In this document: in pieces, positions 37,286 to 46,852 of the stretch
Layout of the letters: every line of letters begins with the position of its first letter
Numbering within the stretch: the first letter of the stretch is position 1
DNA from: Burkholderiaceae bacterium
GTDB lineage: Bacteria > Pseudomonadota > Gammaproteobacteria > Burkholderiales > Burkholderiaceae_F
Length of the DNA stretch: 47,496 bases
Direction of reading: 5' to 3'
Assembly (NCBI GenBank): GCA_029883565.1
Contig: JAOUJD010000001.1
Coordinates: 1 to 47,496, forward strand
Notes under the pieces: generated by a model
Told to the model about the DNA's origin: nothing
Database searches by the model: none
Seen by the model: only the letters and a program-made list of their open reading frames with translations
Made by a program: the position numbers and the translations under genes

Positions 37286-38047
37286 CTAGCGCCAGAGTTG
37301 GTAGATGTATCTGCGGCGCAGGCGCTCGAGCCGATAGCGCAGGCCCTGCAGCCAGTTGGGCAACGCCGGTTCGAGGGACGTTTCAAACAGGCCCAGCTTG
37401 CTCCCCTGCTCGACGACCGGATGCTCGAGCCAGAGAAACTGGATGCCGGCAGCGCGGTCGATGGACTCGAACACGACGTCGATCGGCTTCGTCATCGGCT
37501 GCCTTTCGATATGCGCCAGTCGCAGGGCGGCTTCCTGTGCGCCGATCACGTAGGAGTCCGTGAAGCGGCCTTTGCTCGCCGGGTAGATCCTGCGCCCGGG
37601 CACGCGCTGGCTGGTCGGAGTATAGAAATTGCCCCCAGCCCCGATATAGATGACAAAGGGGTGCGGCTGGGCGCTGGTCTCCTCGAGCGCCGCCCTGACG
37701 CCGGCGGGGAAGTCATCCGCGAGCACGACGTCGTCTTCCAGCACCAGGCAACGCTGCCAGCCCCGTTCGACGATCATCCCGAGGGCCGCGATGTGCTTCA
37801 GGGCGCACGACTTCTGGCCGCGATTCAGTTCCCCGCCCGCAAACCATCTCCGGTCCAGCTCGTCAGTGATCTCGCTCGCGTCGAAGTCGTGGATGAACTG
37901 GCCGCGCAGGCCAAAGCGGCCCAGTTGCGCCTCGACATGGAGCCGCCTTTCGACGAAGCTCCTGACGTTGATGATCAGGATCGCGTCCAGGCCGAGCGCA
38001 TGCATCGCCTCGCCCGCCGTCCGCGCCGATCCGGATGTCGCGCTCAC
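37286..38047 (-). CDS. Glycosyltransferase family 25 (LPS/LOS core glycosyltransferase)
   Basis: The GT25 pattern is ILIINVRSFVERR...FDASEI...GQKSCALKHIAAL...CLVLEDDVVL. The GTG at 38047 overlaps the upstream stop. The alternative start is the ATG at 38005. Confidence 0.7.
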   Translation of the reverse strand: MSATSGSARTAGEAMHALGLDAILIINVRSFVERRLHVEAQLGRFGLRGQFIHDFDASEITDELDRRWFAGGELNRGQKSCALKHIAALGMIVERGWQRCLVLEDDVVLADDFPAGVRAALEETSAQPHPFVIYIGAGGNFYTPTSQRVPGRRIYPASKGRFTDSYVIGAQEAALRLAHIERQPMTKPIDVVFESIDRAAGIQFLWLEHPVVEQGSKLGLFETSLEPALPNWLQGLRYRLERLRRRYIYQLWR

Positions 38048-38631
38048 TTGCGCGGAACGCGACCGAGCAGGTAGAACTCGTCGTTCGGCCGCATGCTGAT
38101 CATGTTCGCCATCCGGTTCGACAGTGCGAAGAATGCCGCGATGGCACCGATGTCCCAGATGTCCTCGTCACTGAAGCCGTGCGCACGCAGCGGCTCGAAG
38201 TCCGCCGGTTCGATCGACCCCGAATCGGATGCCACCTTGAGCGCGAACGCCAGCATCGCCCGCTGCCGCGGCGTGATGTCGGCCTTGCGGTAGTTCACGG
38301 CGACCTGGTCGGCGATCAGGGGATTCTTCTCGTAGATTCGCAGTATGGCGCCGTGCGCAACGACGCAGTACACGCAATCGTTGGCGCCACTGGTGGCGAC
38401 CACGATCATCTCCCGCTCGCCCTTGGTCAGCCCCGAATCGCGCAGCATCAGCGCGTCGTGATACGCAAAGAAGGCGCGGAACTCCTCCGGCCGGTGAGCC
38501 AGGGTCAGGAACACGTTCGGAACGAAGCCGGACTTGTCCTGCACCGCCCGGATGCGGTCGCGGATGTCCTCCGGCAGTTCCGCCAGATCGGGCACGGGCC
38601 AGCGACTGATCGGTCGTACAGGCGTCGTCAT
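38044..38631 (-). CDS. Carboxymuconolactone decarboxylase / AhpD-like 'peroxidase-related' protein
   Basis: The AhpD-type core carries CxxC-H (ATSGANDCVYCVVAHGA). It is 195 aa. Its start overlaps the msbA stop (ATGA) and its stop overlaps the GT25 start (GTGA). Confidence 0.75.
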   Translation of the reverse strand: MTTPVRPISRWPVPDLAELPEDIRDRIRAVQDKSGFVPNVFLTLAHRPEEFRAFFAYHDALMLRDSGLTKGEREMIVVATSGANDCVYCVVAHGAILRIYEKNPLIADQVAVNYRKADITPRQRAMLAFALKVASDSGSIEPADFEPLRAHGFSDEDIWDIGAIAAFFALSNRMANMISMRPNDEFYLLGRVPRK

Positions 38632-40409
38632 CTTGCCACCTCCCTCGTGTTTTCGACTGATGCGAACTGGATTCCATGCAGCCGGGCATAGAGCCCGTCG
38701 CGTGCGATCAGTTCGGCGTGGGAACCGATCTCGACGACGCGCCCGCGCTCGAGCACCACGATGCGGTGCGCCCGCTCGATCGTCGACAGCCGATGCGCGA
38801 CGACGAATGTCGTGCGCCCCCGCATCAGCTGCTCGAGCGAAGCCTGGATGTAGCGCTCGGACTCCGAGTCCAGCGCGGAAGTCGCCTCGTCGAGGAGCAG
38901 GATCGGCGCGTCCTTCAGGATCGCGCGCGCGATCGACAGCCGCTGGCGCTGGCCGCCCGAAAGCTTGACGGCGTTCTCCCCGATGCGGGTATCGAAGCCC
39001 TGCGGCAGCGCCTCGATGAACGGCAGCAGGTAGGCGGCCTCGGCGGCGGCGCGGGTCCGCTCCATCGACGCCCCGCGCTGCGCGCCATAGGCGATATTGG
39101 CCGCCACGGTGTCGTCGAACAGGACGACGTCCTGCGACACGAGGGCCAGCTGCCGTCGCACGCTCGCGAGCGTCAGTTCGGAAACCGGCACGCCGTCGAA
39201 CAGGATCTCCCCGGCAGTCGGCCGCAGGAAGCGCGGCAGCAGGTTGATGACCGTGGTCTTGCCGGCGCCCGACGGGCCGACCAGCGCGATCATCTCCCCG
39301 GGCTGAACCTCGAGCGAGAAGTCATGCAGCGCGTCGGTGGATGCCTCGGGATAGCGGAAGGAAGCACGTCGGAACTCGACTCGCCCGCTGACACGCGCAA
39401 TGTCCCGGGTGCCCGTCTCGGCCTCGGGCGGCAGGTCGATCATGCGGAACACGCTCTCGGCGCCGGCCGCCATGCGCGCCAGTGGCCCGTTCAGCGCCGC
39501 GAGGTGGCGCAGTGCGGGCAGCAGCATCAGCGCAGCCGCGAGGAACGTGACGAAGTCGCCAGGCGTTGCCCGCGAGTCGCGAACCTGCCAGAGCGCGATC
39601 ATCATCACCCCTGCGATGCCGGTCGCACCGACGATCTGCGTCAGCGGCGTGGCCGCCGACCACGCCACCTGCATCCGCATGGCGAATCCGCGCAGCTTGG
39701 CGTTGATGTGGCGGAAACGCTCGTTCTCGTAGGCGTCACCGTCGTAGACCTTGACCACGCGCTGGCCCTCGTGCGCCTCCTGGATCGTGCGCGTCATCTC
39801 GCCCAGCATGGCCTGGCTCTCGAGGTTGAGGCGGCGCAGCCGGCGGCTGAAGCCGCTCAGGGTCAGGCCGATGACAGGCGCCACCACCAGGGTGACCAGC
39901 GTCAGCTGCCAGTTGTAGTAGATCAGCATTCCCAGCAGAGCGATGACGACCAGCGTGTCCCGCACCATCGTGCTCAATACCTCGGCCGCCAGATTCAGCG
40001 CGTTGGTCGCCTCGTTGACGAACTTCGAGATGACGATCCCTGACGGCATGTTCTCGAAAGTCGACGAGGGCCAGCGCAGCATGCGCTCGAACATCGTCAT
40101 GCGCAGATCGACCAGCACGCCCTGCGAAATCCGGTTCAGCAGATACGAGCTCGCGAACGAGCCGAAGCCGCGCACGATGACCAGGCCGACGAACGACAAG
40201 GGCATCCACATCGCGGAACCGGCGTCGCCCGCGAGCAGCGCGCGATCGGTCAGGGTGCCGGTCAGCTTGGCCAGCAGCGGCTCAGTCGCGGCCGCCACCG
40301 CGGTGGCGAGGAGCGCGAATCCAAGGACCTTGCGCTGTGCCAGCACCATGCGCATCAGCCGTCGCAGGTTCGGATCGTTGAGCAGGCGGGAGCGGGATGC
40401 GAAGGTCAT
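38628..40409 (-). CDS. msbA: Lipid A export ATP-binding/permease protein MsbA
   Basis: A 6-TM ABC exporter domain is followed by an NBD with Walker A GPSGAGKTT, signature LSGGQRQR and Walker B ILLLDEATSALD. It sits in an LPS core context. I chose the ATG at 40409 (MTFASRSRLL). Confidence 0.85.
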   Translation of the reverse strand: MTFASRSRLLNDPNLRRLMRMVLAQRKVLGFALLATAVAAATEPLLAKLTGTLTDRALLAGDAGSAMWMPLSFVGLVIVRGFGSFASSYLLNRISQGVLVDLRMTMFERMLRWPSSTFENMPSGIVISKFVNEATNALNLAAEVLSTMVRDTLVVIALLGMLIYYNWQLTLVTLVVAPVIGLTLSGFSRRLRRLNLESQAMLGEMTRTIQEAHEGQRVVKVYDGDAYENERFRHINAKLRGFAMRMQVAWSAATPLTQIVGATGIAGVMMIALWQVRDSRATPGDFVTFLAAALMLLPALRHLAALNGPLARMAAGAESVFRMIDLPPEAETGTRDIARVSGRVEFRRASFRYPEASTDALHDFSLEVQPGEMIALVGPSGAGKTTVINLLPRFLRPTAGEILFDGVPVSELTLASVRRQLALVSQDVVLFDDTVAANIAYGAQRGASMERTRAAAEAAYLLPFIEALPQGFDTRIGENAVKLSGGQRQRLSIARAILKDAPILLLDEATSALDSESERYIQASLEQLMRGRTTFVVAHRLSTIERAHRIVVLERGRVVEIGSHAELIARDGLYARLHGIQFASVENTREVAR

Positions 40410-40501
40410 CGGGTCACGTGCCACAATCCGGGGCCGCACGCATGCGCGTGCCTGACGCGGCAGCGCGTAGTGTATGCGATCGATTTCCTGACCCCGCTGC
40501 C

Positions 40502-41410
40502 ATGACATCCCTGATCGTCCGGCTGCCCAACCACCTCGGCGACGCCTGCATGACGATCGCCGCTCTCGACATGCTGAGCGCGGATGGGCACGCACTCATC
40601 CTGGCCGGTCGCCCGTGGGTCGCACCGCTGTTCGAGGCCTACGACTGGCGGAAGGTCGTGCTGTCCGGCGGACGCCTGGAGCGCGTGCAGGCGCTGCGCA
40701 GCGCGGCCGACGGTGCTGCCGGCCTGCTCTTCACCAATTCATTCAGCACCGCGCTCGAGTTCCGCCTGGCCGGTATCCGGGCGACGGGATACGCACGCGG
40801 AGGACGCTCCCTGCTTCTCGCGCAGGCCGTGCCTGTCGTCCGCACCGACCACATGGTCGAGTACTACCACCGGCTGGCATCGACGCTGGCCTCGCGGTCG
40901 CGGGCGGTCCCAGCGGGGCTCGACCTGCACGTCAGCGCCGGCGCCCGCCTGCGGGCGCAGACGACGCTCGAGAAGGCCGGCGTCCGCGGCCCGTACGTCG
41001 TCGTGTGCCCGGTCGCGGTCGGGCTGCACCATGGCCAGGTGAAGGCGTGGGCAGGATTCACCCGTCTCACGGCAGAGTTGCAGGCTCGATCGCACCGGGT
41101 CGTCGCGTTGCCCGGCCCGGGAGAGACGGGGGCCGTGCGGCGCGCCGTTCCGGACGCCACCGTCCTGCCCGAGAGTGATGTCGGCACCTTTGCCGCGTTG
41201 CTCGCCGGCGCGCGCCTGGTGGTCGCCAACGACAGCGGTCCCGGCCACCTGGCAGCGGCCGTCGGCGCGTCCATCGTCAGCGTGTTCGGCGTCACCGAGC
41301 CGGAGAAAACGCGACCCTGGGGCCCACGCGTCAGGCTGGTGGGTTCCGGCGCCGGATGGCCACGCTACGAGGATGTGCTCGCGGCCACCGACGAATTGCT
41401 GGAGGCCTGA
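40502..41410 (+). CDS. Glycosyltransferase family 9 (heptosyltransferase-like), short form
   Basis: The GT9 N-terminus is LIVRLPNHLGDACMTIAALDML and the C-terminal half reads NDSGPGHLAAAVGASIVSVFG. It is divergent from msbA. Confidence 0.75.
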   Translation: MTSLIVRLPNHLGDACMTIAALDMLSADGHALILAGRPWVAPLFEAYDWRKVVLSGGRLERVQALRSAADGAAGLLFTNSFSTALEFRLAGIRATGYARGGRSLLLAQAVPVVRTDHMVEYYHRLASTLASRSRAVPAGLDLHVSAGARLRAQTTLEKAGVRGPYVVVCPVAVGLHHGQVKAWAGFTRLTAELQARSHRVVALPGPGETGAVRRAVPDATVLPESDVGTFAALLAGARLVVANDSGPGHLAAAVGASIVSVFGVTEPEKTRPWGPRVRLVGSGAGWPRYEDVLAATDELLEA

Positions 41411-41581
41411 GCGTCCGCTCCGGTCGCGGGCGGCACGCCGAGGCGCAGCGCGATCCCGGCCGCCCGCAACGCATCGCGCGTCGGCTGTCGGAAACGGCCG
41501 CATCGGGCATTTGTTCGCGAGCGCCGCTGACGGGGCGCGCGAGCCTTCGCAGGTAAGCTTGCAGCCTCGCACGGAGCGACC

Positions 41582-42370
41582 ATGGCCCGCCTGTCCGTCT
41601 ACATCATCGCGTTCAATGAAGCCGACAAGATCGAGGCCGCCCTCAGGAGCGTCGCCTGGGCCGACGAGATCGTGGTCGCCGACTCGTTCTCGACCGACGG
41701 CACCGCCGAACTGGCTCGTCAGTACACCGACCGCGTGCTGCAGGTGCCGTTTGCGGGCTTCGGCAAGCTGCGCAACGACGTCCTGGATCAGCTCACCGGC
41801 GACTGGGTGTTCTCGCTCGATGCGGACGAACGCTGCACCGAGGCGGCGGCAGCCGAAATCCGGCGCATCATCGAACGACCGGATGCGGCGGACGCCTATC
41901 TCGTGCCACGCCGCAACTTCTTCTTCGGGCGCTGGATCGAGCATTCGGGATGGTTCCCCGACTACCGCCAGCCGCAGTTGTTCCGGCGCGGCAAGCTGCG
42001 CTACACGCCGGACGCGGTGCACGAGACCTACGTGCTCGACGGTACGCTCGGGCGCACCACCGAGCCGATCGCGCAGGTGCCGTTCAAGGACCTGGCGCAG
42101 ATCCTGCACAAGGCACAGCGCTACTCCACGCTCGGTGTCGAGCGGCTTGCCGAGCGCCGCACGGCGCCGTCGATGTGGTCCGCGCTCGCCCACGGCCTCG
42201 GCGCCTTCCTGCGGCACTACGTCGTGCGCGCCGGGTTTCTCGATGGCTGGGCAGGCTTCATCATCGCCTTCTCCAACTTCGAGGGCACGTTCTACCGCTA
42301 CGCGAAGTTCGCCGAGCGCATGAACGCCCTCACCCGCGAACCGCCGCTGCCGAGCAGCCTGAAGCGTTGA
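41582..42370 (+). CDS. Glycosyltransferase family 2 (WaaE/KdtX-like LPS core glycosyltransferase)
   Basis: It reads LSVYIIAFNEADKIEAALRSV.WADEIVVADSFSTDGT, with a DAD motif in VFSLDADE. Confidence 0.75.
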   Translation: MARLSVYIIAFNEADKIEAALRSVAWADEIVVADSFSTDGTAELARQYTDRVLQVPFAGFGKLRNDVLDQLTGDWVFSLDADERCTEAAAAEIRRIIERPDAADAYLVPRRNFFFGRWIEHSGWFPDYRQPQLFRRGKLRYTPDAVHETYVLDGTLGRTTEPIAQVPFKDLAQILHKAQRYSTLGVERLAERRTAPSMWSALAHGLGAFLRHYVVRAGFLDGWAGFIIAFSNFEGTFYRYAKFAERMNALTREPPLPSSLKR

Positions 42371-42375
42371 GGCGA

Positions 42376-43185
42376 ATGCTGATCTCGGTGATCGTCACGA
42401 CGTACAACCGGCCCGACGCGCTGCGTGCCGTGCTCGACGGGCTGGCGGCGCAGGACGACCGCGGCCTGGAAGTGATCGTGGCCGACGACGGATCGCGGAG
42501 CGACACGCGCGAGCTGGTCGAGGCCGTCCGTTCGAGTGCCCCGCTGCGGGTTCATCACGTCTGGCAGGAAGACCGCGGGTTTCGAGCAGGCGCGGCACGC
42601 AACCGGGCCTTCGAGCGGGCAGCGGGCGAGTACCTGCTGTTCCTCGACGGCGACTGCATCCCGCGACCCGACTTCATCGCCCGGCACCGCGCGCTGGCCG
42701 AGCGCGGCTGGATGGTGGCCGGCAACCGCGCACTGCTGTCGGAGGCCTTCACGCGCACGGCACTTCTGGAGCGTTCGCCTCTGCACGCCTGGACGATGCC
42801 CGATTGGCGTGCCGCGAAGCATCGTGGCGACATCAATCGCACGCTGCCCCTGGCCTCCCTGCCCCTCGGTCCGCTGCGCAAGCTCGCCGCCGACCGCTGG
42901 CAGCGCGTGCGCGCCTGCAACCTCGGCGTATGGTCGTCTGACTTCGCCAGCGTCGGCGGCTTCGACGAGACCTTCGAAGGCTGGGGTTTCGAGGACTCGG
43001 ACCTTGCAGTGCGCCTGCTCAATGCGGGCGTACGCCGCAAGGAGGGAGCCTTTGCGACAGGCGTGCTGCACCTCTGGCACCGCGAGAACGACCGCCGGCA
43101 CGAGGGTCGCAACTGGGACCTGCTGCAGGAACGCATCCGCTCGCACGCCACCCTGCCGATGCTGGGCCTGCGCCCCCGCTCCTGA
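42376..43185 (+). CDS. Glycosyltransferase family 2 (with galactosyltransferase-type C-terminal region)
   Basis: It reads ISVIVTTYNRPDALRAVLDGL, VIVADDGS, FLDGDCIP and GWGFEDSDLAVRL. The ATG at 42376 lies in the frame of ORF 41950-43185. Confidence 0.8.
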   Translation: MLISVIVTTYNRPDALRAVLDGLAAQDDRGLEVIVADDGSRSDTRELVEAVRSSAPLRVHHVWQEDRGFRAGAARNRAFERAAGEYLLFLDGDCIPRPDFIARHRALAERGWMVAGNRALLSEAFTRTALLERSPLHAWTMPDWRAAKHRGDINRTLPLASLPLGPLRKLAADRWQRVRACNLGVWSSDFASVGGFDETFEGWGFEDSDLAVRLLNAGVRRKEGAFATGVLHLWHRENDRRHEGRNWDLLQERIRSHATLPMLGLRPRS

Positions 43186-43197
43186 CGCCGCTCGCGG

Positions 43198-46100
43198 CTA
43201 CGGGTACGTGAAGTAGGCGCGGCGCACCTTCGGCTGCGCCGCCAGTTCGGTGACGAGACGGTCTTCGCCGCGTACGCGCCAGTCCTCGGGCAGGGGAATG
43301 TCGACGGTGCCGGCGCCGTTGCTGTAGTTGACTACGATGCGGCAGCCGCTGCCCGTCTGCCCGTTGGTGGTTCGATACGGCATCAGCGCGTCGCGCAGGC
43401 GGCCGACGTCGCCCACGCCGTCGACCTCGATCTTCAGGTGGGCCGCAGCCTTCGCCCGTGCCTCGGTCAGGTCCATCAGGTCCTCGGCCGAGATCGACAG
43501 GCGCTGCGCGAACTCGTCGTAGCGCACCTTGCCGACGACGATCAGCAGCTGGTCTTCCTTCAGCAGCGCGCGCTTGCGGTCGTACAGTTCCGAGAACACC
43601 ATCAGCTCGAGTTGCGCCGTGCCGTCGTCGAGCACCACCACGCCCATGCGGCCGCGCCGCGTGTTCTGGCTGCGGGCGGCAACGATGATGCCGGCGAGCT
43701 TGACGAGGTCGCGCGCCTGCCGGACGTCCGCGAGCGGCGTCGGCGCCAGCCGCCGGGCCTCGGCGGCGTACTCGGCGAACAGGTGCCCGGAGAAGTAGTA
43801 GCCGAGCGCCATCTTCTCGTTCGACAGCTGCTCGCGCGTGCTCCAGCGCGGCGATCTCACGTACTCGATGTGGCGCGTCGCGCCGTCAGGGGCGCCGAAC
43901 AGGCTCGTCTGCCCGGCAGAGGCCGCCTCGTGCTGCGCAGCTTCGATCGCGCGTCCGACCGTCGCGAGGAGGGTCGCGCGGTCGTCGAGCAGTCGGTCCA
44001 GCGCGCCGGCGCGGACCAGCGCTTCCACGACGCGCCGGTTGATGACGTGCTTGTCGACGCGCGCGCACAGGTCGAACAGGTCCGTGTAGGGGCCGCCCGC
44101 GCTGCGCGCGGCGAGGATGGCCTCGATCGCGCCCTGCCCCGTGCCCTTGATGCCGCCCAGCCCGTAGCGGATCGTCCCGGCGTCGACCGGCTCGAAGCGC
44201 CACCCGCCCGCGTTGATGTCTGGCGGCAGCACCGTCAGGCCGAGCACCTTGCAGTCCTCGACCAGGTCCTTCACCTTGTCGGTGTCGTCCATCACGGTCG
44301 AGAGGTTGGCCGCCATGAACGCGGCCGGATAGCGCGCCTTGAAGTACGCCGTCTGGTAGGCGACGACCGCGTAGGCGGCGGAGTGGCTCTTGTTGAAGCC
44401 GTAGCCCGCGAACTTCTCCATGTGGTCGAACAGTTCGGTCGCCACGTCGGCCGACACGCCCTTCCTGGCCGCGCCATCCACGAAGATGGTGCGGTGCTTG
44501 GCCATCTCTTCCGGCTTCTTCTTGCCCATCGCACGGCGCAGCAGATCCGCGCCGCCGAGCGAGTAGCCGCCGACGACCTGCGCAATCCGCATCACCTGCT
44601 CCTGGTAGACCATCACGCCGTACGTCTCGGACAGGATCGGCTCGATCGACGGATGCAGGTACTCGACGCGCTGGCGGCCGTGCTTGCGCTCGATGAAGTC
44701 CGGGATCAGGTCCATCGGGCCCGGCCGGTACAGCGCGTTCAGGGCGATCAGGTCCTCGAGGCGGTCGGGCTTCGCGCGCTTCAGCAACTCGCGCATGCCG
44801 CGCGATTCGAACTGGAAGATCGCCGTGGTGGCCGCTTGCTTGAACACGTCGTAGGTCTTCGGGTCGTCCAGCGGCAGTGTCTCCAGCGTCAGCCCGAACG
44901 ACGGATCGAGCGCGCGGACGTAGGCCAGGGTCAGGTCGAGGATGGTCAGCGTGGTGAGCCCGAGGAAGTCGAACTTCACCAGGCCGATCGCCTCGACGTC
45001 ATCCTTGTCGAACTGGCTGATCGCCGCGTCCGTTCCCTGCGCGCAGTACAGGGGACAGAAGTCGGTCAGCTTGCCCGGCGCAATCAGCACGCCGCCCGCG
45101 TGCATGCCGACGTTGCGGGTCAGGCCCTCGAGAGGCCGCGCGAGCGTGACCAGTTCCTGGAATTCCTCGTCGCCGTCGACCGCCTCGGCGAACGCCGGCT
45201 CCTCCGCCAGCGCACGGTCGAGCGTCCAGGGATCGGCCGGATTGTGCGGAATCAGCTTCGACAGCGTGTCGCACTTCGTGTACGGCAGGTCGAGCACGCG
45301 CCCGGCGTCGCGCACCACCGCCTTTGCGCCCAGCGTGCCGAAGGTCGCGATCTGAGAGACCGCATCGTGACCGTACTTGTGCTTGACATAGTCGATCACG
45401 CGATCTCGATTGTCCTGGCAGAAGTCGATGTCGAAGTCCGGCATCGACACGCGCTCCGGATTGAGGAAGCGCTCGAACAGCAACTCGTAGCGCAACGGAT
45501 CGAGGTCCGTGATGCCGAGCGAATACGCGACCAGCGAGCCCGCGCCGGAGCCGCGGCCCGGTCCCACCGGGATGCCGTGCGCCTTGGCCCAGTTGATGAA
45601 GTCCGCGACGATCAGGAAGTAGCCGGAGAAGCCCATCTTGGCGATCGTCTGCAGTTCAAGGTCCAGCCGAACGGCGTACTCGGGTCGCTTGCCGTCTCGC
45701 TCCTTGGCGTCCTTGTACAGGGCGGCGAGCCGTCTCTCCATGCCTTCGCTCGCCAGCGCGCGGCAGTGGTCGTCCAGCGTCACGCCGGCCGGCGTCGGAT
45801 AGTCCGGCAGGCGGGGCTTGCCGAGCTCGAGTTCGAGGTTGCAGCGCTGCGCGATGGCCAGGGTGTTGGCGAGTGCGATCGGCACATCGGCGAACAGGGC
45901 CGCCATCTCGTCCTGCGACTTGAAGTACTGCTGCTCGGTGAAGCGGCGCGGCCGGCGCGGATCGGCCAGTGTGTATCCCTCGGCGATGCAGACGCGCGCC
46001 TCGTGCGCCCGGAAGTCACCCTGCTCGAGGAACTGGATCGGATGGGTGGCGACGACGGGCAGCGCCGACTGCGCCGCGAGCACCAGGGCCGCCTTCGTCT

Positions 46101-46653
46101 GCGCGGCGTCGCGCTCGTGCCCGGTGCGATGCAGTTCGAGGAAATAGCGACCGGGGAAGGCGGCCGCCATGCGCTGCGCCGCCAGCTTCGCGCTGTCCAT
46201 CTTGCCAGCCAGCAGCAGCGTGCCGACGTCACCGTGCCGGCCACCGGACAGCGCGATCAAGCCATCTGCCCGCCGCCCGCCATCTTCCTCGAACCACTCG
46301 AGTCGCACCTCGGCCCGGTTGCGATGCTGGTTCTCGAGGTACGCGCGCGTCAGCAGGTCGCACAGGTTGAGGTAGCCGCCGCGGTCCTGCACCAGCAGCG
46401 CGAGGCGGTGGGGGTTGTCCCGATCGGCGTCGTTCGTGATCCACAGATCGCAGCCGACGATCGGCTTGACGCCTTTCTTGCGCGCTGCAGCGTAGAACCG
46501 GACCGCACCGAAGATGTTGGAGGTATCGGTCAGCGCCAGCGCGCCCTGACCGTCCCTGGCCGCCTTGCCGACCGCCGCGCCGATCCGCACGATGCCATCG
46601 ACGACGGAGAACTCCGAGTGCAACCGGAGATGGACGAAGCGCGTGCCACTCAT
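43198..46653 (-). CDS. dnaE: DNA polymerase III alpha subunit
   Basis: The PHP N-terminus is FVHLRLHSEFSVVDG. The polymerase core reads GYFLIVADFINWAK..GIPVGPGRGSGAGSLVAYSLGIT and FDFLGL. An OB-fold C-terminus is present. I chose the ATG at 46653. Confidence 0.98.
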   Translation of the reverse strand: MSGTRFVHLRLHSEFSVVDGIVRIGAAVGKAARDGQGALALTDTSNIFGAVRFYAAARKKGVKPIVGCDLWITNDADRDNPHRLALLVQDRGGYLNLCDLLTRAYLENQHRNRAEVRLEWFEEDGGRRADGLIALSGGRHGDVGTLLLAGKMDSAKLAAQRMAAAFPGRYFLELHRTGHERDAAQTKAALVLAAQSALPVVATHPIQFLEQGDFRAHEARVCIAEGYTLADPRRPRRFTEQQYFKSQDEMAALFADVPIALANTLAIAQRCNLELELGKPRLPDYPTPAGVTLDDHCRALASEGMERRLAALYKDAKERDGKRPEYAVRLDLELQTIAKMGFSGYFLIVADFINWAKAHGIPVGPGRGSGAGSLVAYSLGITDLDPLRYELLFERFLNPERVSMPDFDIDFCQDNRDRVIDYVKHKYGHDAVSQIATFGTLGAKAVVRDAGRVLDLPYTKCDTLSKLIPHNPADPWTLDRALAEEPAFAEAVDGDEEFQELVTLARPLEGLTRNVGMHAGGVLIAPGKLTDFCPLYCAQGTDAAISQFDKDDVEAIGLVKFDFLGLTTLTILDLTLAYVRALDPSFGLTLETLPLDDPKTYDVFKQAATTAIFQFESRGMRELLKRAKPDRLEDLIALNALYRPGPMDLIPDFIERKHGRQRVEYLHPSIEPILSETYGVMVYQEQVMRIAQVVGGYSLGGADLLRRAMGKKKPEEMAKHRTIFVDGAARKGVSADVATELFDHMEKFAGYGFNKSHSAAYAVVAYQTAYFKARYPAAFMAANLSTVMDDTDKVKDLVEDCKVLGLTVLPPDINAGGWRFEPVDAGTIRYGLGGIKGTGQGAIEAILAARSAGGPYTDLFDLCARVDKHVINRRVVEALVRAGALDRLLDDRATLLATVGRAIEAAQHEAASAGQTSLFGAPDGATRHIEYVRSPRWSTREQLSNEKMALGYYFSGHLFAEYAAEARRLAPTPLADVRQARDLVKLAGIIVAARSQNTRRGRMGVVVLDDGTAQLELMVFSELYDRKRALLKEDQLLIVVGKVRYDEFAQRLSISAEDLMDLTEARAKAAAHLKIEVDGVGDVGRLRDALMPYRTTNGQTGSGCRIVVNYSNGAGTVDIPLPEDWRVRGEDRLVTELAAQPKVRRAYFTYP

Positions 46654-46852
46654 CCGTGGAATTCTGCCACCCGCGACCCGTTCAAACTGTGGATAACCTG
46701 CCGCAAGGGACGCTTTCGCGGGGCTTTCGTCTGAACGGGGACAACCGATCATCAGTTAGCGGAACGATCGGTCGTCCTTTGCCCGCGATCCGGCGTTTGA
46801 CGGAAACCGCTGACCCGCTATTGTGTGGCGCGCAACCGAAGGGGAGATCGCA

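Noticed and set aside
43438-46734. A 1098-aa plus-strand ORF, antisense to dnaE
   Set aside because: This is the same GC-driven artefact. dnaE on the minus strand is unambiguous.
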